NCBI GenBank assembly: GCA_002269645.1
Contig: NIVC01000835.1
Span: 62,001-126,000, forward strand
Origin: Macrostomum lignano
Taxonomy: Eukaryota
Reading direction: 5' to 3'
Length of the DNA: 64,000 bases
Shown here: piece by piece, positions 1-62,445 of the stretch
Layout of the letters: each line of letters begins with the position of its first letter
Position numbering within the stretch: position 1 is the first letter of the stretch
Translations under genes and position numbers: made by a program
The notes under the pieces: model-generated
Databases searched by the model: none
Told to the model about the DNA's origin: nothing
Seen by the model: the letters and a program-made list of their open reading frames with translations, nothing else

Positions 1-438
1 CCAGGTGAGCGTGACTGCCCACGCCGCTGGTGGCCGGCAGGTGAGCAGACGGAAGCCGGCGATGCTTCTGATAGTACTGATGATGCGGATGATGCGGCTG
101 ATGATGCTGCTTCAGAGACGGAGACCGCGACGCCGCCGTGGGAGTGAGGCTGACTAGACTGAGCGCGCCGAACTGATGAGGCACAGTCGGACAGCTGTGC
201 ATCCGCCTGTGGCCCCAAGGCCGTCGCGGTGTTGAAGCATGCGCGGATAAGTCAGTCAGGTGTTGTTGCTGCTGCTTCTGGGCCAGGGCGGAGTCCCCAG
301 CTGACGCCGCCGCCTCATGACCGCCGCCGCCCCCGCTCATGCTGCGATGGTCGCGTTGTAAGCCTGGTTCATTGGGGCGCTGCTGCTGCTGGCTGTGATG
401 GTGATGGCGTGACAGAAACACATGTACAAGCAGTGTAT
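1..438 (-). CDS. Partial His/Gln-rich coding exon of an unidentified neighbouring gene, running off the window edge
   Basis: Open frame after a possible agtAG acceptor at 439-440: TLLVHVFLSRHHHHSQQQQRPNEPG...MSGGGGGHEAAAS...KQHHQPHHPHHQYYQKHRR...GSHAHL. GC-rich like the verified exons; the other two minus-strand frames contain stops. Confidence 0.55.
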
Positions 439-483
439 CTACTTAGGACATAATTGGTAAAAAATCAATCATAGCTGCTAGTC

Positions 484-2680
484 TGCTGAGACTGAGACTC
501 TCAGTGTCACTGAGCAGACTCTCAGTATTGCCGAGACTGAGACTCTCAGTGTCACTAGCAGACTCCAGTATTGCTGAGACTGAGACTCTCAGTGTCACTG
601 AGCAGACTCTCAGTGTTGCTGAGTCTGAGACTCTCAGTGTCACTGAGCAGCCTCTCAGTATTGCTGAGACTGAGACTCTCAGTGTCACTGAGCAGACTCT
701 CAGTATTGCTGAGACGGAGACTCTCAGTGTCACTGAGCAGCCTCTCAGTATTGCTGAGACTGAGACTCTCGGTGTCACTGAGCAGACTCTCAGTGTTGCT
801 GAGTCTGAGACTCTCAGTGTCACTGAGCAGACTCTCAGTATTGCTGAGACTGAGACTCTCAGTGTCACTGAGCAGCCTCTCAGTATTGCTGAGACTGAGA
901 CTCTCAGTGTTGCTGAGTCTGAGACTCTCAGTGTCACTGAGCAGACTCTCAGTATTGCTGAGACGGAGACTCTCAGTGTCACTGAGCAGCCTCTCAGTAT
1001 TGCTGAGACTGAGACTCTCGGTGTCACTGAGCAGACTCTCAGTGTTGCTGAGTCTGAGACTCTCAGTGTCACTGAGCAGACTCTCAGTATTGCTGAGACT
1101 GAGACTCTCAGTGTCACTGAGCAGCCTCTCAGTATTGCTGAGACTGAGACTCAGTGTTGCTGAGTCTGAGACTCTCAGTGTCACTGAGCAGCCTCTCAGT
1201 ATTGCTGAGACTGAGACTCTCAGTGTCACTGAGCAGACTCTCAGTATTGCTGAGACGGAGACTCTCAGTGTCACTGAGCAGCCTCTCAGTATTGCTGAGA
1301 CTGAGACTCTCGGTGTCACTGAGCAGACTCTCAGTGTTGCTGAGTCTGAGACTCTCAGTGTCACTGAGCAGACTCTCAGTATTGCTGAGACTGAGACTCT
1401 CAGTGTCACTGAGCAGCCTCTCAGTATTGCTGAGACTGAGACTCTCAGTGTTGCTGAGTCTGAGACTCTCAGTGTCACTGAGCAGACTCTCAGTATTGCT
1501 GAGACGGAGACTCTCAGTGTCACTGAGCAGCCTCTCAGTATTGCTGAGACTGAGACTCTCGGTGTCACTGAGCAGACTCTCAGTGTTGCTGAGTCTGAGA
1601 CTCTCAGTGTCACTGAGCAGACTCTCAGTATTGCTGAGACTGAGACTCTCAGTGTCACTGAGCAGCCTCTCAGTATTGCTGAGACTGAGACTCAGTGTTG
1701 CTGAGTCTGAGACTCTCAGTGTCACTGAGCAGACTCTCAGTATTGCTGAGACTGAGACTTTCAGTGTCACTGAGCAGACTCTCAGTATTGCTGAGACTGA
1801 GACTTTCAGTGTTGCTGAGACTGAGACTCTCAGTGTTGCTGAGTCTGAGACTCTCAGTGTCACTGAGCAGACTCTCAGTGTTGCTGAGTCTGAGACTCTC
1901 AGTGTCACTGAGCAGACTCTCAGTGTTGCTGAGTCTGAGACTCTCAGTGTCACTGAGCAGACTCCAGTATTGCTGAGACTGAGACTCTCAGTGTCACTGA
2001 GCAGACTCCAGTATTGCTGAGACTGAGACTCTCAGTGTCACTGAGCAGACTCTCAGTATTGCTGAGACTGAGACTTTCAGTGTCACCGAGCAGACTCCAG
2101 TATTGCTGAGTCTGAGACTCTCAGTGTCACTGAGCAGACTCCAGTATTGCTGAGACTGAGACTCTCAGTGTCACTGAGCAGACTCCAGTATTGCTGAGTC
2201 TGAGACTCTCAGTGTCACTGAGCAGACTCCAGTATTGCTGAGACTGAGACTCTCGGTGTCACTAAGCAGACTCCAGTATTGCTGAGACTGAGACTCTCAG
2301 TGTCACTGAGCAGACTCCAGTATTGCTGAGACTGAGACTCTCAGTGTCACTGAGCAGACTCTCAGTATTGCTGAGTCTGAGACTCTCAGTGTCACTGAGC
2401 AGACTCCAGTATTGCTGAGACTGAGACTCTCGGTGTCACTGAGCAGACTTTCAGTGTTGCTGAGTCTGAGACTCTCAGTGTCACTGAGCAGACTCTCAGT
2501 GTTGCTGAGTCTGAGACTCTCAGTGTCACTGAGCAGACTCTCAGTGTTGCTGAGTCTGAGACTCTCAGTGTCACTGAGCAGACTCTCAGTGTCACTGAGC
2601 AGACTCTCAGTGTTGCTGAGTCTGAGACACTTAGTGTCACCGAGCAGACTCCAGTATTGCTGAGTCTGAGACTCTCATTG
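484..2680. repeat. Minisatellite, about 45-bp higher-order unit built on the palindrome ACTGAGACTCTCAGT
   Basis: Direct inspection; source of all ORFs at 443-2663. Confidence 0.95.
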
Positions 2681-3174
2681 TCATTTTGTGAGATTCCATC
2701 ATAGTTTTTATTGACACAACGTACGAGGGGTGTTTCAAAATTTATGACAGAAATCTCGGCACTTTAGAAACCATCCTTGCAATTCAATATCGATAAAAAC
2801 TGGTGCTAAAAAATTATACCTGATCTCGAAAGGAATCCACAAAGATTTATACGCGTGCACAAAATTATAAGGATTTTTTTTAGCCGAAAGCACAAGTTTA
2901 CAGGACTCAATAGGACTGTGTTCCCAGCTTTCCTTTGATCCTCACAGGAAATTGTCCAGTAATTTTACAAAGACAGCAAAGCGAACGAATTTAGCCGAGT
3001 TTTTGCCAATTTATTTTTAGCGATATCTAATTTTAGTTTGTAGTTTGTTTCCTATTTACGATAATAATGATAAACGATTTTCTTTGGAAACACGAAACTC
3101 GGAAGATAAATATAGATTTCGAAGGCAGTTAGGCAGCATTCCTTCAAGGTTTGATTAAAAAATCTGCAACACAT

Positions 3175-3735
3175 CTCACTCACGATACAGACAGAAAGTC
3201 TGAGATCTCACTCACGATACAGACAGAAAGTCTGAGATCTCACTCACGATACAGACAGAAACTCATGGAAGTCTCACTCAAGATACAGACAGAAACTCAT
3301 GGAAGTCTCACTCAAGATACAGACAGAAACTCATGGAAGTCTCACTCACGATACAGACAGAAACTCATGGAAGTCTCACTCACGATACAGACAGAAACTC
3401 ATGGAAGTTTCACTCACGATACAGACAGAAACTCATGGAAGTCTCACTCAGGAACAGACAGAAACTCATGGAAGTTTCACTCACGATACAGACAGAAACT
3501 CATGGAAGTCTCACTCACGATACAGACAGAAACTCATGGAAGTCTCACTCAGGAACAGACAGAAACTCATGGAAGTTTCACTCACGATACAGACAGAAAC
3601 TCATGGAAGTCTCACTCAGGAACAGACAGTCTGAGATCAGTCTGAGTAGAAAGTCTGAGATCTCACTAACGATATAGACAGAAACTCTGAGATCTCGCTC
3701 ACGATATAGACAAAGGCCGGGTGGTCTCACTCAAG
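3175..3735. repeat. Minisatellite, about 35 bp (ctcactcacgatacagacagaaactcatggaagt)
   Basis: Direct inspection. Confidence 0.9.
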
Positions 3736-4444
3736 CGGCTCTGGGAGATCTCACTGCGGAGACAGACATTGAATTAGACATTTTTCCTACAGCGGACACT
3801 AAATCTGAGACCTACGTCTGTGAGGGCTCCAAAATATGAAAAAATCTAACCAAAAAACTATACAATATTAGCTAGCTAGCAGCAAATCAAGTGGATATCT
3901 ACTTTAAACAGCCAGAAGCTTATACTAAACTAATCAAAAGCAAGACGGTTTTCACTATCAACTGTCATCACTGATCAAAGATATAGATAAATATAAGGCA
4001 GTAAAAACTAACAGGATCGGAAATGAGCACGCTCTGTTGCATCAGTCAATAGCTGCTGAAAGCTTTCTGTACGAAAAAACCTTTCTGCACTCATTTTTTC
4101 CATCTTTACCAATAGCCCGCCTCATCGATTGCGAACTATATAGAGCGAGACGGCGAGAGGAAGGGCGAAAGTATCTATCTTATTGGCGTGAACTTTTAAA
4201 TCTAAAGGAAAAGGCCAGATCAGCAACCGGTCTCACAAGTTCAGTAAGTGTCTGCCCGGCAGGGAAGACCTGGACAGCCTCAGCACGGCGATAATGGATA
4301 GGCAGGACTTAAGTATAGATGAATGAATTGGAACAAATTGGCTTGATAAGCAGATTGGCCTCAAAATTAGAGTGATGTGCTGCTATATTCTCAATAAACT
4401 CGGTACATAAAATAAAAGTTTATTAACAGAGATGAGATGAGAGA

Positions 4445-5160
4445 TGAGATAGCGACTCAGAATCCTCACTCCTAAGATAGCGACTCAGAATCCTCACTCC
4501 TGATAAGATAGCGACTCAGAATCCTCACTCCTGATAAGATAGCGACTCAGAATCCTCACTCCTAAGATAGCGACTCAGAATCCTCACTCCTAAGATAGCA
4601 ACTCAGAATCCTCACTCCTGATAAGATAGCGACTCAGAATCCTCACTCCTGATAAGATAGTGACTCAGAATCCTCACTCCTGATAAGATAGCGACTCAGA
4701 ATCCTCACTCCTAAGATAGCGACTCAGAATCCTCACTCCTAAGATAGCGACTCAGAATCCTCACTCCTGATAAGATAGTGACTCAGAATCCTCACTCCTA
4801 AGATAGCGACTCAGAATCCTCACTCCTGATAAGATAGCGACTCAGAATCCTCACTCCTAAGATAGCGACTCAGAATCCTCACTCCTAAGATAGCGACTCA
4901 GAATCCTCACTCCTAAGATAGCGACTCAGAATCCTCACTCCTGATAAGATAGCGACTCAGAATCCTCACTCCTAAGATAGCGACTCAGAATCCTCACTCC
5001 TGATAAGATAGCGACTCAGAATCCTCACTCCTAAGATAGCGACTCAGAATCCTCACTCCTGATAAGATAGCGACTCAGAATCCTCACTCCTAAGATAGCG
5101 ACTCAGAATCCTCACTACTGATAAGATAGCGACCCAGAAACTTCACTCCTGATATACTTC
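4445..5160. repeat. Minisatellite with two unit lengths of about 30 bp (agatagcgactcagaatcctcactcct, with or without gat)
   Basis: Direct inspection. Confidence 0.95.
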
Positions 5161-5644
5161 ACTCCGGCTTAGTATAGAAATCTAAGTGCACTAATTATTC
5201 AGTTGAGGCCAAGTTGTTGATATGCTAAGGCCCTGCGAGGAAGTGCACTTAACGAATACGTGCTTGTAGCTAGCATCATCGCGACATCAGCTGCACATGG
5301 TGAGCGAATACGCATCTAAATAAATATAAACTGTATGGTTCGTAGGCTGTCCTTGATAGCTAAAAACTATCCCGAATCTGAGGGTTGGACTATCCCGGTT
5401 ATAATAATAATAGCAGATTGGGGATCTGGGGAGAAAATGAAGCCACTAGTAGGACTAGCGGCAAAGCGAGGGATAAGAAGAAGTAGCTAGGATCAAGGCA
5501 ATAAATACACACACTCAGTGAGAAAAATATTGGGGGAAGGAAAGGAAGCTTAAGGACTGACACTGCCGGGATTTCTCAGCACAGTCCAATATTCCAATAT
5601 AATCCCACGCAATCTGGGGAAGGACACCAGGAATAAACGAACGG

Positions 5645-5849
5645 TCTCATTTAATCACTGCCTAACTGTTGGAGACTGTGGCCTCTAATCGACTGTGAAC
5701 TGAAGGAGACATACGTGGCAGTATGCAATTAAGCACAAGCACTCTTTATCGAAAAAGACATTAGACTTATGGCTGAGGTTGGTCTTGAACTCGAAGCAGC
5801 TGGTTAAATAAACCTATGAAGTTTAACGTGCTGCCCATGCCACCAGCCT
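5645..5849 (-). mobile_element. Possible degenerate tRNA-derived SINE
   Basis: GGCTGG...GAGTTCAAGACC...CTCAGCC, with a B-box-like motif and a GGCTG/CAGCC acceptor-stem-like pairing. Confidence 0.4.
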
Positions 5850-6701
5850 AGCTGAAAAATCAATCAAATGAGTAAATACACGCCCAAGCACACTTAGGTG
5901 TACAGCAGCCTTTTGACTGTCTTATTGTTCAAGGCACTGAGTGAATTTCTGCTGCATTTTTCGTGTTTCAAAGCATAAGCTGTGCTGCAGCATCTACCAG
6001 TAGAATGGCTAAACCAAACTTAGAAGGCCACATGAGATTGAGGGTCTTTCAGCACAAGAAATCAATTTCTTCTCTGCTTTAGAGTGTGAATAATCTACAT
6101 TAGATCTATATTTTTGATAGAAAAATTTTTATTAGACATAGTGAGCTATGAATTTCTAAAAGAAACTTTGTCCATTTCTTTATTGATCTGTGTTTTCTAT
6201 ACCTATACACAAGATAATACTAGCTAAAAGGTTGCACTGCATATTGTAACAATGATCTGATGTACATGTAGCTATTCTAAGTGTTAGATGGATACAAAAA
6301 TGATTTAAAACTGATAATTATTAAAGCTTTGTATATTAAGTTATACAGGCCTAGCTTGAACATGCAGCTTGCTAGTAATAAAGTGGAATACCAATTCAGA
6401 GTGTTGTGAGTTGGCACTGAGGGTGACTCTTTTTGTCTTTATTATGTTGCATATTTATTGACTAGACTAAAATAAAATCATTCTATCTATTGCTTTGGTT
6501 CTTTTTCTAGTTAAAATATAAAGTTTGTTATGATGATTTTTGTAGGCCCTGAATATGAAATTTTGCATTGAAATGCAAATTGCCTTAAGCATATTTGTGT
6601 TGTATTCTTTCTTATATAATAATAGTTATAGCTATTTGAATGCTATAAGTTATAGAATTCTATTGCCTATGATAAAAAAGCTGCTATTAGGTTACAAATG
6701 T

Positions 6702-7010
6702 CAATGGCATATGCAGGGAGGCTAGGGGAGCCATGGCCCTTTCAATTGCCTAGGGGGGGGGGGGGGTAACGAAGGTCTATAATATGGTAGCCATTAGGCT
6801 GAATACCACTTTCTGTTTCATATTTTATTAGCCCAGGTATTTTTGACCAATTATCAAGTCAATAAAATAACAATAGAAAACCAACATATTACAAATCTAT
6901 AATCTATTTCATCACAATCAATCTGTAAAAGCAAAAGTAGCAAGTCTTTCAATTAACCTCTTTCCTCAATGTGGCCTTTTTCCCAATAGAAAATCCTGGG
7001 TATGCCATTG
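6702..7010. mobile_element. hAT-like MITE
   Basis: TIRs CAATGGCATA and TATGCCATTG; flanks ACAAATGT and AAAAATAT (6/8 match). Confidence 0.6.
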
Positions 7011-7550
7011 AAAAATATAAAAATAGAAGTTCATATACTATGAAAGCTATTGTTTGCATTTTTAAATATCAAAAACATATAGGCCAAAAACATAAAATTT
7101 CATAACATGAATAATAGTAATATAAATAATGGAAATAAATATAAACATTTAAATTATATAGTGACTATTATATAGGAAGATTTTAGACAATTATTATTTA
7201 ATCAATGTAGATAAATATATATTTACTAATAGGCCTACTAATAAAAAAAGCTTAAAAAACATTAATAGAAATTTATTTAAATTTTAACCTATACTATATT
7301 ATATTGCAAATGGTTGCAAAAGGTATCTAGTAACAATACCTATATTAATAGAAAATAACCAATTTAACTTTTTTGTAGTCCTTTAGTTTTTCTATAATTA
7401 ATTTATACCATAGATATCTTATTATAAAATTCTAACTAACTTTTAGCTATAATGAATAAAGACAAAATCTTAAAATCTATAATCTTAGCAAAAATTGGGA
7501 TTCCAATCTTGCATATAAAATAGATCTTATTGAACCCTTAGTTTAAAATT

Positions 7551-7947
7551 ACGAAGAGCTTGCGTGCATGGCCGCCGTTCACGTAAGCTTAGAATTGCGT
7601 GCACGGCAGAGCTATATCTTATAGGCTTATACAGTAAGTCATATACTATTCGAATTAATATTCAAGTTAACAAAAAACAATGAATTAAGATTACATTTGC
7701 AGTCCATGGTGTACGGGGGATAAAACATTATAAAACAATATAGTAAAAATATTTTTTAATCAGGTTTGCCAATGCCAATGCGTGGATTTAAGGGCCCCAG
7801 TCCCGGACAATTGTCGGCTGCCATGCACGCTGTACACCATTTGCAGGTATACGGCTGCATACATGCAAATAAAGCACTAGGTAGATAGCCTCCGTGCACG
7901 CAATTCTGAGCTTACGTGAACGGCTGCCGTGCACGCAAGCTCTTTGT
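7551..7947. mobile_element. MITE with about 60-bp terminal inverted repeats
   Basis: AAGAGCTTGCGTGCA..GCCGTTCACGTAAGCT.AGAATTGCGTGCACGG is mirrored at the right end; direct repeat TAAAATT at 7544-7550 and 7948-7954. Confidence 0.8.
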
Positions 7948-10900
7948 TAAAATTATCTTTTACAAAAAAATATATCTAATTTAATTTTTTTTGTTTAGGC
8001 TTGCCTTTATTAATAATAATAATAATATTATTTTCAATTGAATATTATTAGGCCCTAACAATAAATAAAGCTTTAAAAGGCTTTATCTTATATATGTATG
8101 CCTATTTTATTGGCTAAAATTAATTTGGATAAAGTTAGGCGGTGTAAGACCAAGATGGCCACACACCAAGATGGCCACAGCATTGAATCTCTATTATATC
8201 TACTCTCTCTGTACTATTAATTAGCAACTCAATAAGCTATTGTAATATTAATTATATTTAATCAATCAGCCAAACAGGCCTCAGGCAGGCTACAATAATA
8301 TATTTGAAACTAACTACCCATAATACAAAAACTTTAATCTTTTTCTGTATTTGTGCCAATTTATTCCCTAGCCCTAGGCCTATCATTGCATCTATCAAAT
8401 CTAACACTATTAGTATTAGTTTATCAAGAAACCATTGTTAGCTATGCTATACAAAAATAGGATAAATATACAACAAGGTATTTATTTTGTGCTAGGTTAC
8501 TTGCTTTATTTAGTAGATAAATATTTATAGGTCAGGCTATAATCCTATATACTAAAAATGAGTTGTCTGTGGGTATGTGGGTATGCGATAGATTTCAGAA
8601 ATAAAAGCTAAAGCCAAAAGAATGTTCTTAATTTAAAATAACTCTATTATAGCATCTATCCCCCCAAGACATGCAATATATAAAATTCGAACCTTTAAAT
8701 GGCTTAGCCTATCAAATAGACATGATACAAATAAAAGTTTTTTATACTTAATTGTAATTTAACAATAGCAAACATATTTTACCATCTATTTACTAGTAAA
8801 TTACCACAAATAATAGGCCTGTTTATGCCTTCAATGGTGCCTATCATGCCTATAACGAAGTTACGAAGTTAAAAAAACTAATTTTATACCGGAGCTGACT
8901 GTTTCGATTTAAAGCTGGAGTAGCGACGGTGGAGAGCAAGCGGAATGCTCTTCTTGAGTGTTGTTTAAAGGGACTTAAAGGCCCTGAAGAAATTTTCGTA
9001 GATTATATTTGAATTGGCGCTAATATCTCTTTTCGCTGCTTAAACGCTCTCAGGTAACGAACTACCAAAAGTAAAGAGTACCTCGGCAATATGCATCGAT
9101 AAACTGCTATTTGAAATAAAGGTTAGAATAAAAAGCGGCTCGATGGATAAAATAAAAAAAATTTCAACAATATATTTCAAATCACATTCATTGGATGAAA
9201 TTGGAGTCTTTCAGCGCATATATGGTTGAGTTATCAGCCTCCAAAACATCACAAAGAAAGGTGTTAAAAGATAAAAGGTATTTCCAAAATTCATTTAATG
9301 ACTCGGTGTTTTGAGAAAAGCCACTTGGGTGCGGCTGTGTCGCCGCAGGGGGTATCGCGCTAGAGTTCCAACCGAAATTTCAAAGTAACTTTTCAAAATT
9401 TACCAATCGTCTTGACCATGCAATCGTCTTGACATGGTAGCTCGAATTTCCGCCTTAAATGTCCTTTTGTCATCCTGGATAGATATAGAGCGCCAAGCGT
9501 TACGTGTACACGTAATATGTATAGATATAGCTGGGTCTAAAAAGCCCTACTATACGCAAAGGTAATCACCTTAATCTTATACAGTCCTTATTCGTAATGT
9601 TGTCGCTTGTTTAGCAAAAAGACTAAAACAGTCGATCGCTATGTTAAGGATGTACTCAGAAGATGTTTCCCCTGTGTAGTATAGGAATACATAAAAACTG
9701 ACCTCAGTATACGTCTAAATGCATTTGTGTTGCCAGCAGCTTCAGATCAAATATGTATTGTATGCGTGCATGTAAGCATATAAATATGCATGTGTACCCT
9801 AATGCACACTTACATGTACAATACGTACCTAGTCAAATCGACTTGATAAAAAATATCGTTAGTTGAATTGTTGCTACTTTTTGGTGACATAAACGATTAT
9901 TCGCTCATACACACTGTTCTAGTGAGGTTATGGAATGCTCTACCTGCAGCATTAGCTACATGTAGTTCTGGCATCAAGAAGACATCTTTAATATAATATA
10001 ATAATGAAAAGATGTACATAATCGTGCTTTATACTCGCAACTAAAGGCACAGATGTACTAAGGTTAGATGCACCCAGAAAGTTAAGCCAACGATTCTATA
10101 AAAGAGTAGCAAATCCTATAGAGAACCACTTGTGCCCAGCATTGCACTTGCATTTAAGCGAAGTCACATAAGTGTGATAGGCGAACCAGTAAGAATATAA
10201 TATGACATTTACTTTTTCACTTTATATTTTAATTTTTATCATCATCGTTACATCAGTTTTAAGGGGTAGGAATATAGCGACTCGTAATGCAAGGTGAAGG
10301 CTCGATATAAAAAATTTGCAAGGAAAAGGACACGGGAAATAAAAATGGCACAGGCGATGCAACAGTGGCGGAGTTCTGGGGGTCACACTAAACTGACCGG
10401 AACATGAGCACTTTTATATCTTGTGTGGATAACTTGTGCATCCTGTAACTCAAATAACACTATATGAATCAAGGTGCTAGCCAAAACCGGGTCTTTTATC
10501 CAGCCACCTATAAATATAAATATAAATATATTACGTCTAAGACAACAAATTCTTAATAAATCATACAATTTTTTCTTTTCTTATTACGAGGCAATCTGCG
10601 AGATTGAGCTCTGCTAGAAGTCAATAATAGGCTTATTTGGACTTGAATAAAATATTATCATGTGATAAATCATAAAAAAGTGTGATACCGGATCAAGACA
10701 ATTTAACCCTATTGTCTGACAAACGAGGCATTCAATTTAAAGATGTGCGCTAAAAATTTCCCGTTAGTGTGCTATTATACTACTGCAAGTAACCGACTAT
10801 ATTGGAACTTGACTACATAGAGAATAGTAAAGATTAAAAAACAAAGTCAACACACAGCTGGTTTCGCAAGCAAGATAGGTTTAAAGTAAGAAAATTAAAA

Positions 10901-12399
10901 CAAAAAACAAGAAATATCAAGTGAAACTGATAACGGCAGGGAGAGAGAGAGACTGCCCGATCAACACTACGCAGAGCTTCAACTGCTCAGGCTGTACGAT
11001 GACAGGTCTGTTCAGATGTAAGCGACAGGTTTCGACAGGTTGCAATAACAGTTGACGACATTTAGTTGCGTGAAAGGAAAACGAAACAAGACACAAGAAG
11101 AGAATAATCATTTTTGGAATCATCAATCACTGCTCAAGGGGACTAAATATAGCTAAGGGGTTTTTTATTGGCTATTTCATATTCTAGTAATTTAACCTGC
11201 TTAATTTTTTAAAGTTTCTATTCAGTTGATGAAATGGAAATTCTCCAGGACTCCAGCTGCTATTTTTCTGTTCTAGGGAAAAGACAATTAAAGTGGGCAT
11301 TAATACGAGAGTAAGGCTAGATAAGCTTTTAGCGAGAGAGAAATCACGTGACATAGAAATCGGTTCTATTAGCAGCGGAGGCATAATGTACGTTTGCCAG
11401 TAAGGCAGAAATGTACATAGCAGTTTGCTTAATCCCGGGGAGTGAATATAGAGCAATAAAATGGAGTGGAGAGAGAATTGGAGGGTAGAAATAATGTACA
11501 TTCGTCAGCGCTACATATAATGTACACGAGCAACCCCCTTGGGCGCGAGGATGACAATAAAACAAGGGCAAGGTTAGCAAAAGACTGCGTAGGGAGAGGC
11601 GATTAGTACTACTGAGTTTTAAGTAGTTTGATAGCAGATGTATTTTGTTTTTACTAAATTCTAATTGCTAAATTAATGGTGCTTTTTATTACGAAAACTC
11701 AACGTACAAAATCAACAACTCAGTCATCGATATCAATGACAGACAGAAAATTTCCCAAAATCTAAGGCTTGGTATGCTTGGTTCAAACAGTCAATCGCAG
11801 TAAGTGCTTTATAGAAGAAAGAAAAAGGGTAAAAGCAAGTTAACCAACACGCGGAAAGCCAGGTGCAAAAGCCAGCAACAGAGAGTTAATTAAGACACGA
11901 AAACTCTGGATAATTTCAATCAACGGGCAGCAGCGCAACTGATAGTTGAGGATCGGACATATGAAACTAGTCGCCTGTATCGTTTCCGACGCGCCGTATA
12001 AAATACGTGTCTTTCTCATAATGCCCTACTGTCAGTAGACGTTGCAAAGCGTTCCAGACGGCCAGGGATCGTCCTCGGTACTGCTTAACAGTAACACAAG
12101 AGTAAAAGACAATTTAAATTTAAAAAATCAGAGCTAACAAATAACAAATCAAGACGTTAATAGATTATTCGCACTCTGGAATATGAAGCAAATGAAATCT
12201 AAAAGAAAACACAAAAATATGAAGCCAAATAGTTTTAACCACATACTAGAATAACTAGGTGTGTCATTCGCAAATTTATCTATTCGTTCTCAGTAGCAAA
12301 ATTAGCGCTTTTTGCATTATTTTTTTTACAAGAAATTGAAAGTTTTTGAAGCTGACAAGTTGAGCTTTCTTCTTGCCCGCTAGCTGACTCACTTTGACC

Positions 12400-12612
12400 T
12401 CTTTCCTTACTGCTCTCTCATTGGCTGAGCTAGATTCTCCTTACTGCTCTCTGATTGGCTGAGTTCTTGGGCCTGCCCCCTAGGCTGAGTTTCGTCCGTA
12501 TGACTTTGACGTCTCTCCTTACTGCTCTCATTGGCTGAGCAATATTCTCTTTGCTGCTCTCTCATTGGCTGAGCTAGATTCTCTTTGCTGCTCTCTCATT
12601 GGCTGAGCTCTT
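12400..12612. repeat. Short tandem repeat containing ctgctctctcattggctgag
   Basis: About 5 imperfect copies. Confidence 0.7.
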
Positions 12613-13186
12613 GGGCCTGTCCCCTATGCCGAATTTCATCCATCTTGCGTTCACTTGTTTACATCGAGTTAAATGCTTGTTGTTCTTTCTTAACCCCATA
12701 TACTCTAAGGTCACAAACCCCGAGGAAGGAAAGGAAAATTTAGCAGCCACATTAAATTTAAGTGACAGTGCACAGACAAACTACTGAAGATAGTAGATGC
12801 TGTGCTTTTCCACAACTAATTGCGAGTGACATATCCGGTTATTCTAGTATATGTTGGGTTTTTAATAAGGAAATGTAGTAAATAAATAAGAAACCAAAAC
12901 AGCAAATAAGTCGATACATTTTCGTGCGAGAAATTGACTGAGGACAGAACTGAATTATGATAAATAAAATTACTATAGTAAGCAATCAGTGAAAAAATTT
13001 TTGGTCCAGACATAACGCAGACTGCCAAATAGAGAGAAACGAGGCATCTAAACATATAGAGAGGAGTCAGTATAGAGCTATATAAAAATTTGTCCATATA
13101 TAAAAATTACACCGCGCAACACGCAATGACTACAAAAGAAGGTCAAGGTTAGGAATGTATAGGGCGTGTGAAGCAGCGAATTCATT

Positions 13187-13192
13187 TTTATT
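13187..13192 (-). terminator. Candidate polyadenylation signal of neurobeachin
   Basis: AATAAA on the minus strand (TTTATT on plus), about 50 nt after the stop codon. Confidence 0.5.
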
Positions 13193-13241
13193 AGCTAATC
13201 ATTATCATACCGACAAGAGATTTAACGTGTTCTCCTATATT

Positions 13242-61955
<48,714 letters not shown>

Positions 61956-62069
61956 CTGCGGATATGGGGGTGGCGGGAGATGTACGTAAGGGTAAAGATA
62001 TTGAAAAAGTCGTTTAATAACTTTACTAAGTTGCTACCTCTAGATTTTTTATATTACTTTTTACTTTTC

Positions 62070-62445
62070 ATTGACATCTGACAGTGACTTTTTGATGGAA
62101 TTTCAGAGTGCCTTTTTGTTGACATCTGAGACTGACTTATTGACATCTGAGAGTGACTTTTTATTGACATCTCGGAGTGACTTTTTATTGACATCTGAGA
62201 GTGACTTTTTATTGACATCTCCGAGTGACTTTGTATTGACATCTGAGAGTGACTTTTTATTGACATCTCGGAGTGACTTTGTATTGACATCTGAGAGTGA
62301 CTTTTTATTGGCATCTCGGAATGAATTTTTATTGACATCTGAGAGTGACTTTTTGACATCCGAGTGACTTTTTATTGACATATCAGAGTGACTTTTTGTT
62401 GACTCTCGGAGCAGCTTTATTGACATCACAGAGTGACTCTTTATC
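62070..62445. repeat. Minisatellite, 24 bp (tttttattgacatctgagagtgac)
   Basis: Direct inspection. Confidence 0.9.

Noticed and set aside
2722-2741. Mariner-like TIR (TACGAGGGGTGTTTCAAAA)
   Set aside because: No matching opposite TIR or transposase remnant was found in the window.
443-3677. Long ORFs on both strands ([15 protein letters not shown] and similar repeats)
   Set aside because: They are translations of minisatellites. Several frames and both strands are open at once, with no splice or domain support.
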